64,000 bases of DNA from the human T2T-CHM13v2.0 reference genome, Homo sapiens. A program made the position numbers and the translations under genes. Below the pieces are notes generated by a model, which was given only the letters and a program-made list of their open reading frames with translations, was not told the origin of the DNA and did not search any database. Location: NCBI RefSeq assembly GCF_009914755.1, contig NC_060940.1, one strand, 5' to 3'. Of the stretch, positions 20,118 to 53,713 are shown in pieces; the stretch's first letter is position 1, and every line of letters starts with the position of its first letter.

Positions 20118-20748
20118 TATCCCAGCCGAGGTAGGAAAACCCTGGAGGTTTTTTTTCCCTTTGTTTTCCTCTGTGAACTAATCCTGGTTTTCTCCCACTT
20201 TAACCAATATTGTGCCCCCACCCCCAGGAGTTGGAACAGGTGCCAGTCCAAGGTGTGGTAAACCTAGCTCCACTAGGAGCTGGCCTCTCAGCCTAGGGAA
20301 TAGATGACGTGGCAATCAGCCTGTAGTGCAGGACTGGCTGGGCTGCCGCGGCCAGCCTCTGGCTGTGTCTTCTTCCTGGGGAGGTGGCGATGCTGGGGCT
20401 GTTGTACAGCCCCCCTGCAGTGGTGGGTCCGGCTTGCCCATGGTCACAGAGGGCGAGTCAGGCAGAGCCAGGCCTAGAACTCAGATCTCCTCACGTCCTG
20501 CCTGCTTGGAAGCTGCCCTCCTGCGTGGACAGTGCAGGGCTGTGCAAGCCTGGGGGCTGCTCCAGGGGTAGCGCTTGCTCGCCGTGTCATCTTGGGACCC
20601 ACTTTGGTTTATTATGCTCATCTCAGCAAGTGGGGTTCTCGCCCCTCTCTTGGCACAGCTGCTTTCCAGGGATTAACAGACGCTCCCCACAGGGGTGTGT
20701 TCCCTTGAAATGTTGAGTATAAGGTAACAGCCTATCTCTTTGGCTCAG

Positions 20749-20771
20749 GAAAAAGATCCACTGGAAACTAG
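20749..20771 (+). CDS. DNAJA3: DNAJA3 exon 12 coding part (short isoform Tid1S C-terminus), GKRSTGN*
   Basis: Acceptor ctctttggctcag|GA; joining exon 10 to exon 12 gives KRSTGN then TAG (20769-20771), the known short-isoform end. Confidence 0.93.
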
Positions 20772-21980
20772 GCCGGGAAGCAGCAGCCCCTCCAAGGGCC
20801 AGGGCACCTGGGAGACGGGAGGATTCCAGAACAGCAGCACTGAGCTCCCACCCGCAGAGCCTCTGGACGGCCTTGGCAACAGCAAAATCATGGGACAACA
20901 CCTCTCTCCACGGAAAGGTCACAGTGGACAGCCCGGGCAGTAGGATGCAGCCCCAGAGGCTGGTGGCAGTTTCCTGTCCATTGGTAGGTGACGGCCCCTG
21001 GCTCAGGCAGAGGGAGATGGTTAGACTCTTGCAGGGCTAAAACTCTAATTTGGAATTGAATATTGTGGATATCTTAGTTAAAGGCCATGCTTACAGCTTA
21101 GAAATGAAGCCTTAAGCTGCATCAAGTTACGAAGTGATTAATTTCCTTCTCAGCAAACCTCCGGGAGGTTCCAGAATGAGTTCTTCCTGACAGGTTGTCT
21201 TCACTGGGAGCGTGGGGCCCCCAGGCCCCACCAGCACCGTCCTCCCCTAATGAGGGGCCCTGCCGAGGCATCAGCTGCTCTGCTCAGTTAGTTTTTATTC
21301 CCGGGGTACCAAGCAGCTGCACAGTCGGTGCCTGGGAGGCACGTAGAGGCCCAGAGAGTCCCTGGGGGTTCTGCTCTGACCGTGTGGGTGGTGATCCTTG
21401 TCAGGATGTACAGTCCTTGCTCCCACCCCATCCAGGATGGCCGCCTGTCCCTGACTATTGAGTCCTGTTGTTGTAAGCCAGGCATGGAGGGCTCCTGCCC
21501 TTCTGCTGAGCCACAGCCCATTGCAGCACTGTGCTGGCCAGACTTCAGCTGCCTTGGGAACTGAAGCCCTGCCACTGTTGCTAGTCAGGGGCTTGGTTCT
21601 CCCACTTACACTGTTGACATCTATTTTCTGAAGTGTGTTTAAATTATTCAGTGCTAATCATTGTTTTTTCCTTTGTAAATGTTGATTCAGAAAAGGAAAG
21701 CACAGGCTAAGCAGTTGAAGGTTCCCCACCATTCAGTGAGAGCAGAACCCCCATTCCCCAGCCTCTGCTGGTAGCATGTCGCAGTTTCCATGTGTTTCAG
21801 GATCTTCGGGCTGTCGTTAGACAGGTTAATGAAGAACACTTCTCAACAGTTTCCTTTTTGTTTTCCTTTATAATTCACTAAAATAAAGCATCTATTAGTG
21901 TCTGATTTAGGAATGTAAAATGATTCTGTATTAATGTAAATAAGATTATCTATTGCAAAAAGATATTTCAAACCTAAATT
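20772..21980 (+). other. DNAJA3: DNAJA3 3' UTR (terminal exon 12)
   Basis: Repeat-free 1.2 kb after the stop, ending in an AT-rich block with AATAAA, several TGTA motifs and a downstream GT/T-rich tract (21979-21997). Confidence 0.8.
21882..21887 (+). terminator. DNAJA3 polyadenylation signal AATAAA
   Basis: Canonical hexamer preceded by a T-rich upstream tract at the end of the terminal exon. Confidence 0.75.
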
Positions 21981-22192
21981 GTGGTCATTTCTTCTTTGAA
22001 AGAATTCAGACAGCCTCTGCAGGTGGCTTATGGGGGTTACAGGAGACTTGGCTGGCCTCATCCTGTGCTCACAGCCACCCAGAGCACATAGAGGCAGATG
22101 GGTCTGGGGTGCCGACAGTGCTGACCCTCACTTGGATTCCAGAGCAGGGTGCTTGCCATGACACAACAGTCCCCTGTGAGTGAATGTTCTAG

Positions 22193-22656
<464 letters not shown>

Positions 22657-22660
22657 TTTA

Positions 22661-26632
<3,972 letters not shown>

Positions 26633-26977
26633 TCACCTGTGTCCAGGATGGTACCCCAAGGCCGGCTCCTTCCAGGACAAGGATGAGGAGAGAAAGGGAG
26701 AAGCCCATATCTCCCCCGCCTCCCTGCAGAGCCTGTCTCCAGTTCACATGTGCAGATGGCCTCACTAGCTCTGGAGATGAAAGGGGTGTGTCAGAAGCTC
26801 GGCTCCTGGGGCTCCTCTGTGTCCTGTGCTATGTCCCCGTCTGTGAATGAATTTCAAATGTGGGAACAGAGGCTGCTGGTCAGAGCTGTTCTGCTAGCTG
26901 AGGTCAGAACAGGCCACTTCACACCTGTCTGACTAAACACGTTTAGGTCACTCGTCCCAGTCACCAAGTGATCCCTT

Positions 26978-27172
26978 CAGCCTTGGACCCTCCCTTACTG
27001 CTGTGTTGGTACAGCCCTGGAGCCACCCCTTACTGCTGTGTTGGTACAACCCCGGGTCCCCTCACTTACTGCTGTGTTGGTACAGCCCTGGACCCCCCCC
27101 CCCCGCTCCAACTTACTGCTGTGTTGGTACAGCCCCGGACCCTCCCCAACCACTTACTGTTGTGTTGGTACA
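26978..27172. repeat. Minisatellite: five copies of the 20-nt core CTTACTGCTGTGTTGGTACA with variable C-rich linkers
   Basis: Cores start at 26994, 27029, 27065, 27112 and 27153 (last has one mismatch); periods 35, 36, 47 and 41 nt. Confidence 0.92.
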
Positions 27173-27244
27173 CAACTACCACCCCAACCCAAGTCCTGGA
27201 AGCAGAGTCCTCTTCTCCTGGAAGCCATCTGGGAGAACAATGGC

Positions 27245-27250
27245 TTTATT
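27245..27250 (-). terminator. NMRAL1 polyadenylation signal AATAAA (3' UTR only about 90 nt)
   Basis: TTTATT on the + strand, 65 nt past the stop codon. Confidence 0.85.
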
Positions 27251-27315
27251 CAGATGTTGGTGCCTCTGCCCCTCTGGTGCCCCCGACCCCCACAAGGGGC
27301 CGCGAGGCGGGCAGG

Positions 27316-28049
<734 letters not shown>

Positions 28050-28375
28050 TCATGAGACGAAAATATCTCAGTCCCTTCCAAATCAGAGACCTGCCTGCAT
28101 CACTTTCTTTCTCAAAAACCAAAGCTTGACCAGACACAGTGGCTCACACCTGTCATCCCAGCACTTTGGGAGGTGGAGGTGGGAGGATCGCTTGAGCCCA
28201 GGAGTTAGGCCCACCACGCCGGGCTAATTTTTTGTATTTTTAGTAGAGACGGGGTTTCACCGTGTTAGTCAGGATGGTCTCGATTTCCTGACCTTGTAAT
28301 TGCCCGCCTCAGCCTCCCAAAGTGCTAGGATTACAGGTGTGAGCTACCGCGCCTGACCCAACTTTCGTCTTTTAA

Positions 28376-28627
<252 letters not shown>

Positions 28628-29093
28628 TGATCCACCTGCCTCGGCCTCCCAAAGTGCTGGGATTACAGGCGTGAGCTACTGCACCCAGCCTCCCAGATTC
28701 TTTAATGAGTATGTCTTACTTTCCTAATGGTAATGACAAACATTAGAAACCAGGTACCCAAGAGTCTGTCCAGTAGGCCTCCTGCCCACCCAGCCAGGCC
28801 AATGGGGGCAGGGGTCGGCCCTATCTTTCTAGCCTCTTTCCCTTTAAATCCCCTCCCACAGGGGAGGGGTCGGGTCTATCTTTCCAGACTCTTTTCTCTT
28901 CAAATTCCCTCCCACAGAGGAGCCCGGCAGGGCCTGCATTTTCACCCCTCCTTGCCTTGGCTCCTATGGCCCTCTCCTCCTGGAAGCTTTTCTCTCTATT
29001 TGGTCAAAACATCTAAGCCAGAAATTTCACTCTGTGGCCAGTTAGCTCCTGGAACAGCAGAAAATAAACGTTGACGATGAACGAATGAATTTA

Positions 29094-29861
<768 letters not shown>

Positions 29862-29977
29862 TCACTTACCAGGAATCCTGATTAACCAGACACCAACGGC
29901 TGGCCTAGAGCAGCACGTCCATGATAAATGCTTCATAAATCCTGAATGAATGAATGACTCGCAAACTTCCAGGCTGA

Positions 29978-30873
<896 letters not shown>

Positions 30874-31118
30874 TAAGGAGTGGCCAGCCAGAGGCACCAA
30901 CCCCTCCTGCCCTGATCACTGAGTGACCAGCAGGACACAGGTTGGGTGAGCCTTGTTCCCAGCCAGGGCCAGTGCACCTAACCTGTTTATAGCCCCAATG
31001 GGCACTGAGAAGAAAGAGCTTTCCTAGTTTGTGAAATCTGCAACTGAACTTCATTTTCCAAATCCTCTCCTCGTCTTTGGTTTTTTTGTTTTGTTTTGTT
31101 TTGTTTTGTTTGTTTTGA

Positions 31119-31397
<279 letters not shown>

Positions 31398-31626
31398 TGA
31401 CAATCACTAGGTCCTCTCTGTAAAGCCTTCCAATGGACCAAGCGAATATCGTGTCACCACCATCTCAGCAGATCTTGCCACCCCTGCAAACATTGGTATA
31501 GAGCCCATCTCACAGAACAGGAAGCTGAGGCCCCGCAAGCTGACAGGATGTGCTCAGTCCTGGGCCTAACGTGAGGGAGCCACGGCTTGAACCTGGCACC
31601 ACGTGACAGCGGCCCGCGGTCTGCTA

Positions 31627-32007
<381 letters not shown>

Positions 32008-32449
32008 CTAATCCCGGAGCGGCCACCATCTGCGAGGTTAACATCTAGACCCCACTTACCCTTGAGGAGGCCCCCTCTCCTGGAATGATGTTCACACATG
32101 ACACCACGCCCGTAAACACAGCCCCGGAAGCCTTCTACCAGCCACTGACTCTGGCCCACCATGTGCAACATAGGACGGGGGGGCAGGTCGGCTGCAGGGG
32201 GACGGCCTGCATGGAGGTCTAAAGGAGAATGCACACGTCCCATCTCTGCTGGTGTGAGAACACCCTGCCCATGGAGCTCAGCCATCTTCCTTGGAGAGCC
32301 CTGGGAGGCTATACAGAGGCACCACAGCTGCCTAGGTTCAAATCAGGCTCTGCCATGTACGAGCAGTGTGACCCCAGAGAAGTGATGGCACCATCCTGAC
32401 CTCGCTGGTAAAATGCAGATGACAACACTACCTACTGCATGAGGTGACG

Positions 32450-33517
<1,068 letters not shown>

Positions 33518-33671
33518 GGGAATCATCAGGATTAGAAATAAGATCTGCTGGGCTGGGCGCAGTGGCTCATGCCCGCAGTCCCAGCACTTTGGGAGGCCGA
33601 GGCAGGCGGATCGCCTGAGGCCGGGAGTTAGAGACCAGCTTGACCAACATGGAGAAACCCCGTCTGTACTA

Positions 33672-33833
<162 letters not shown>

Positions 33834-33947
33834 TCAAAAAATAAAGAAAGAAATAAGATCAGCTCAGGGCCGGGCATGTGGCTTACGCCTGTAATCCCAG
33901 CACTTTGGGAGGCCGAGGTGGGCAGATCACCTGAGGTCAGGAGTTCA

Positions 33948-34169
<222 letters not shown>

Positions 34170-34262
34170 TTAATCAGAGAAGTTGTCTTTGTCTGCTCTA
34201 TATAATGGGCTTCTAGGTAAGACCATAATTGAAGAAAGGGTCAAGGCTAATAACAAGTTTGG

Positions 34263-34515
34263 ATGGGTACACGTGGACGTGAAGGCAACAACAGACACTG
34301 GGAACCATGGGAGGGAGGGAGGCAAGGGTTGAAAACCTACCTACTGGGTACTGTGCCCACTACCTGGGTGACAGGTCCAGTCACACCCCAGACCTCAGCA
34401 TCACTCAATATACCAATGTAACAAACCTGTGCATGTACCCCTGAATCTAAAATAAAAGTGGAAATTACTTTTAAAAAAAAACTTCTAACATTTTTGATTA
34501 AAAAAAAAAAAAAAC
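34263..34515 (+). mobile_element. L1 (L1PB/old L1PA-like) 3' end with poly-A
   Basis: cactacctgggtga...cctcagcatcac...gtaacaaacctgtgcatgtacccctgaatctaaaataaaag followed by an A-rich tail. Confidence 0.78.
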
Positions 34516-34714
34516 AAACAAACAGGCCAGGCGTGGTTGCTCACGGAGACTGAGACGGCCTCAAACAAACAAAAAAAAAGTAATTGGATGAGAAAGCAAC
34601 AGCGTCCACCTGCTTCACAGCCTAGAGCAGGCAGAGGCATGAAGAAGAGGGAAAGGCCTGCAGTGGTCCAACCTCCCTGCAGAGTCGGAGCTCCTCCCAG
34701 GCGCTCTGCTCCTA

Positions 34715-35002
<288 letters not shown>

Positions 35003-35129
35003 TCAAAAAGACCTCTCAGGTCAGACCTACCTGAAAGTCCCACTGAAGGGCGAAACCCCGAAGGGAGTGCTCCACCACAGCAAGGAGCATCCAGGAAACC
35101 TTCTCAACGACAATTCTCATTCAGGTATT

Positions 35130-39560
<4,431 letters not shown>

Positions 39561-39613
39561 TCAGGGCTAGGCGCCCTGGCTCTGCAAGGGCCCCAGTCTG
39601 GGGTTTGGCTCAC

Positions 39614-39653
39614 CTGTGCCTCCGAAAACCACCACCAGTTTCTTGTCCACCAT
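39614..39653 (-). CDS. NMRAL1: NMRAL1 first coding exon (exon 39687-39614; ATG at 39653-39651), MVDKKLVVVFGGT(G)
   Basis: Minus-strand acceptor cccattacccccag|ATC, donor CAG|gtgagc; start of the Rossmann GGTGAQG motif. Confidence 0.95.
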
Positions 39654-40074
39654 GAGGACGAGAATGGGACGAATGCGGTCCAGAGATCTGGGGGTAATGG
39701 GAGGCGTGGAGTTGGGGGTGGGGCCGGGGTTCCCGCCAGGAGCGACAAAGGACACCCCCATTGTCTATGCATCGAGTATGTGTCGAAGGGGGCGGCTGGG
39801 CCCGGAGCGGCAAGACGCCTGTCCCGAGATATCGGGGTCCCGCGACCCACCTCGTGTCCCTTGGGCCCGATCCCCTCCTCCTTCCCGCCTCCCTCGGTTC
39901 CAGTCACCCGCTCCCCGGCCCGGGTCCCACCGGCTGGAGTGACCTCCTCGCCGCGGCCTGGGCGGGACAAGTTCCAGGAGCCCGGGACCCCGATTCTGCG
40001 GCCGAGTCCACTGCAGAGGCGGGGATGGAGCTGCGCGCTAGGCGCCAACTCCCTCCCCGCAGCTCCGGCCCCAC

Positions 40075-40200
40075 CTGGCAGAGCGCCGCTCACGGAAGCC
40101 CAGAGTCGGAGGACCCCTGGCTGCAGCCGCCAATCCCGACGTGTCGGCCGAAACCCCTCCTCCGGCGCAGTTGGCTCCTCCTGGATCCCGCGGGACTCGG
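40075..40200 (-). other. NMRAL1: NMRAL1 non-coding first exon (3' boundary 40075; 5' end uncertain)
   Basis: Minus-strand donor CAG|gtgggg at 40075/40074 inside the CpG island; a second possible donor TCC|gtgagc at 40094/40093. Confidence 0.6.
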
Positions 40201-40256
40201 CGTCCTTTCCGGGTTTGCCCGCCCCAGGCACGTGCACAGTGAGTTTGTGTAAATCC

Positions 40257-40368
40257 AGTTAGACCAAAATGAGCGAGGTGGAGAGCCTCTTAACCGGATG
40301 CTACGGGTGATGACTGGGAGGAGGAGAAAAATTACCTCTTTATCTTGCATGAACATCTTAATTTTCAG
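40257..40368 (+). other. HMOX2: Candidate upstream alternative non-coding first exon of HMOX2 (5' end approximate)
   Basis: Donor CAG|gtattg at 40368/40369 at the edge of CpG island 1, divergent from NMRAL1 exon 1; fits my recall that HMOX2 has several 5' UTR variants. Confidence 0.55.
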
Positions 40369-40424
40369 GTATTGGGCGTCAGGCAAAGATAATTAAAGCT
40401 ATGTCCATGAGTCTTATCCCTTGA

Positions 40425-40677
<253 letters not shown>

Positions 40678-41239
40678 TGACCAGGCAGGTCTCGAACTCC
40701 TGACTTAAAGTGATCCACCCACCTCAGCCTCCCAAAGTGCTGGGAGTACAGGTGGGAGCCACCGTGCCCAGCCCTAACTCACTTTTGAAGTTGCTGCTAC
40801 TTGCACTGATTTCAGTTTTTTTTTGTTTTTGTTTTTTGTTTTCAAGGTGCAGTCTTGCTCTGTGGCCCAGGCTGGAGTGCAGTGGTGGTGCGATCTTGGC
40901 TCACTGCAACTTCCGCCTCTTGGGTTCAAGTGATTCTCCTGCCTCAGTTTCCTGAGTAGCTGGGATTACAGGCAGGAGCCACCATGCCCGGCTAAATTTT
41001 TTTTGTATTTTTGGTAGAGACGGGGTTTCAACATGCTGGCCAGGCTGGTCTCGAACTGCTGACCTCAAGTGATCTTCCCGCCTCAGGCTCCCAAAGTGCT
41101 GGGATTACAGACATGAGCCACCACACCCGGCCCACGATTTCAGTAATTTCTTTGTGTTCAGTAAAACTAAAAAATGACTCTGGGCTGGGTGCGGTGGCCT
41201 GTAATTGCAGTGATTTGGGAGGCCGAGGCGGGTGGATCA

Positions 41240-41479
<240 letters not shown>

Positions 41480-41757
41480 TCATTCTGGCCGCTGTTTGAA
41501 GAATGCGAATAATGCAACAGGGAGATCAGATACAAGACTGGTAACCGAGGTGTCAGAGTTGAGACTCAGTTTCGCAGATTGCATTGGCAAGTGACCAAGT
41601 GGGTGGTGCCACGGTTGACAACCTTATTTCTTACATCACTGAGTGGATGTACAAGGATTAAACCACACTGGGGAAGAAAAGTGCTCAACCCTGAGGCACC
41701 CTCACACACCTCGGCTCTTGTGAACACTAGTGTTCCTGCCGAAGCACGCCTACTTAC

Positions 41758-41860
41758 CCCGCTGAGCAGAGCCTGAGCCTGCAACCTCCAGAGACCTGGG
41801 GAAAGCCACATGCTCCGCTTCCCGCCCCCCGCAAGGGCGTGTCAGCTACAAGGGGCGTGT
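41758..41860 (-). other. NMRAL1: Candidate upstream alternative first exon of NMRAL1
   Basis: Strong minus-strand donor GGG|gtaagt at 41758/41757, directly divergent from HMOX2 exon 1. Confidence 0.5.
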
Positions 41861-42620
41861 CATCTCTAGGCCCCGCCCCGCGCTGCGTGCCCACGTTGCG
41901 CCGGCCTCGCGCCAGTCCGCTGGGCTGCAGGGACTGCGGCGCCTGAGGGAGTCGCTGACGGGCACGCTGACTGGAGGCTGGCGGACAGGCGACAGCGACC
42001 TGCGGCAGGTGAGCTGTCCGCGCCCTCCCGGGGCCTTCCTTCCGCCCGGCTTCTCGGACCGCGCTGCGTCCTTCGCGGGCCCTGCCTCGGTCCAGGCCTT
42101 CGGACCTGGGCTTGGCCGGGCCACAGCCCTTTGGGTCCCCTGCGCCGGTCTGAGGGGAGACCCGGCCGGGGGCGGCCGGAAGCTGGGTGAGGCCGGGCAG
42201 AAGGACGAAGAAGGGCGTGGAGGGGCTGTCAGGGGAGGGCGAAACCGCGGACGCCGCTCTCCAGAAGTCATCTCCCCGGGGGCGCGGGGAGGCCTGAATG
42301 GCTCTCTTTGGCGTCCCCGTTGGGCCCACCCTCTCCCAGCGTCACGGCTATGCTGGGCGAGGTGACCCCCGGGGTCGTAGCTGGGGGCGTCGGCGGTGCA
42401 GACAGGGGATGCCGGCAGAGATTGGAGCCCGGCTTGGCTGTTGCCCGGGCTGTTGGCATTGACCGGGGCTCTGCCCTTCCTCTAATGCCCTTATCTCTAT
42501 AGGAAGTGCCCCTTGAGTGGGTGTCGTGACTTCACGAGTGAACCCTGGTACGCCCTGGAGCAGAGTCGGACTGGGAGGGATCAAGTGTGGGGGCAGCCGG
42601 TTAGTCCGGACGCGGGTTTA
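41810..42620. promoter_or_regulatory. CpG island 2: main HMOX2 promoter
   Basis: CpG-dense; GC boxes CCCGCCCC near 41821 and 41871; tandem AAGGG(G)CGTGTCA motifs; no TATA box seen. Confidence 0.88.
41900..42008 (+). other. HMOX2: HMOX2 non-coding exon 1 (5' end approximate); intron 1 runs beyond the window
   Basis: Strong donor CAG|gtgagc at 42008/42009 in the CpG island. Gene identity rests on the known head-to-head NMRAL1/HMOX2 order, as no HMOX2 CDS is in the window. Confidence 0.78.
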
Positions 42621-46924
<4,304 letters not shown>

Positions 46925-47847
46925 TTAATCTAGTTGACTGGCTGGCCTCATAAGTAGCTGTGATGATCATAATTTTTATGCGAAACACCTGTCATTGAGC
47001 ATACAGGTGTACTGAAAGAATTGGGTGGAACAGGGTATTTGAAATCAGAATTGTTCTGGAAAGTCGGGTACATAAAGCTCTATCTTTAGCACAGTTGTCT
47101 GTATTGCACAATTAATATTTATAGAATGGTACACCTTATGTTATCTTTTTATTTTTCCACCTAACTCTCTGTCTAGATTGAAAGGTACTTGACGTGCAGA
47201 GCAAGATCTTATCTTTCTTTGTAGTCACAGTACTCAAGAGGGTGATAAATGTTTGTTGATGATAATGTAATGCCACCTGTCCAAGTGTAGCCATCATCTT
47301 CAGTAGTTACTTGATCTGCTGTTGTCTCTGGCAAGACTGCTATGTGCTGCTGCAGAGGAGCCATTGTCACCTTGAACTATCTCTGTGGCAGTCTGGAGGA
47401 GGGCAGGAGGGAGAAGGGAAGGAATAAATGAGCAAAGCTGAGTGTGGATAGTAGTGTTTGACGGCAGATGAAAAAGCAAACTTGGTGAAGTGTGGCCTGG
47501 GTGGTCATCTAACTTCTACCTAGAAGACATTAAACCTTTACTCTCTTCTTTTTATGTAGGAAGGCAGAGGGAAAGTCAGGCCTTCGGTTGGCTTGGTAAT
47601 AGCAGGTATCCCAGTAATTAGAAAATAACTTAAAAAACTCCATTCCTCTACCATATACTTGAGAATTTGTCAATCTCAGCAAAATTTTCAAATGTCTGTG
47701 TTCAGTGTCATATTTGTCCTGCTCTGTAAGACTTTTTGTGTTTATAAAAAGGCAAGTGGACCCAGAAGGGGAAAAATATGCTGTTCTGAGAAACTAGCTG
47801 CTGTAGGTTATGCTTTTCTGTCTTTGCTTGTGGCTCTTCTGGTTATT

Positions 47848-49662
<1,815 letters not shown>

Positions 49663-49679
49663 TAGCCAAGATGGTCTCA

Positions 49680-50821
<1,142 letters not shown>

Positions 50822-51138
50822 TACTGTATTGAGCTTCTAAGGTATGCAGAGTATTGGCACTGAGGGGATGTGCAAATACAACAACAAACCAAGCATAGTC
50901 TTTGTTTACTAGGAGCTGGTAGTAACTGTGGGAAGACACAAAACAGTAAAATCACTTTGTAAGGTTTATGAGAGTTTTGAGAGGCCAGGGAAGTTAAAGA
51001 GTGGAGAAATGGAGAAAATGGGAGAACTTGTACTGAACCCATTAGGACAGAGGAGGAAGGGAAGAGAAGGAAGGAGGCCAAAGAAAGAAGAAACCCTTCT
51101 TAGAGCACTCAGGGTCTTACTGAAAACTTTACCCATAA

Positions 51139-51563
<425 letters not shown>

Positions 51564-52458
51564 TGATTCTGAAAGGGATTTGCAACCAAAAAAGGATAAG
51601 GATTGTTCTGACAAGTACCCTTTCTTCCCATCTTCAAAAGTACACATCTCTTAATTTGTGTCTTCAAACACAAATTGTGTTCAAAAAAGGAAGTATTTGA
51701 GTAGATTAAAGACAGAAACCCTAGGACATTCCTTTGTAAACAAACAGCCTTTTACCAAACACCAACTGTCAAGGGACTTGCCTGAGTACTTGTCCAAAGG
51801 ACAGCGTGTCCCCATGTGTAGGCAGTGGTCTAATTTGGTTCCTAGGAGAGGACTGCTGAGGCCACAGCAACTTAACTGGCTAGTGTGGGTGAGGCAGAAG
51901 TGTTTGAAGCTCAAGGTCTGTCAAGGACAGCTGATTAGAGTATGTCTGTCCCTAATACAGGGTTAGAGCTCAGTACCAATGCTGGGGATGAGGTGAGTTG
52001 AAGACACAGAAACTACATGGTTTTTTGGAAGGTCATGAACTTTTCAAGGAACTAGTGGGCAACTGGAAATGATATGTGAAAGAGTAGAGGGAGCTCTGGC
52101 CCAGCTGCCAGAAAGCTCTGGGCAGGTCAGGTCTGGGAACAGTGGCTAATCCAGGCCCAGCTTCCCACTGTTGATTTGGACATACAGGCCTAAGATAAGA
52201 GACCGTGCCCAGAGCCACTGGTCACTTAGCACAGGTAGTGGGAAATGGTAGCCAGCAAATGTTTAATTGAATATCTTATGTCTCCTAGACCACAGCTGAG
52301 CAAACTAGGCCAAGCTCAAGGTCCTGAGGGGAATGAGGAGCTGAGCTCAGTCCCTTTTGGCCCCCTTTCTCTTTCCCTCCTCATTTTAAGTATGGAAGCT
52401 CACTTATTTCCTTTATGTATTGGCCATTTGTGTAGGGTTTTGTTTGAAAAAGGGCTTG

Positions 52459-53713
<1,255 letters not shown>

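Noticed and set aside
26978-27172. CRISPR-like look (constant repeat plus variable spacers)
   Set aside because: The spacers are related to one another (GCCC(T/C)GGA plus C-runs) and uneven in length, there are no cas genes, and the context is a human gene flank. It is a minisatellite.
41754-42365. ORFs of 118-191 aa over CpG island 2
   Set aside because: Same GC-rich artefact; they cross the HMOX2 exon 1 donor.
42524-42537. Inverted repeat TCGTGA-CT-TCACGA
   Set aside because: Six-bp arms are expected by chance in 64 kb, and I cannot assign a factor.
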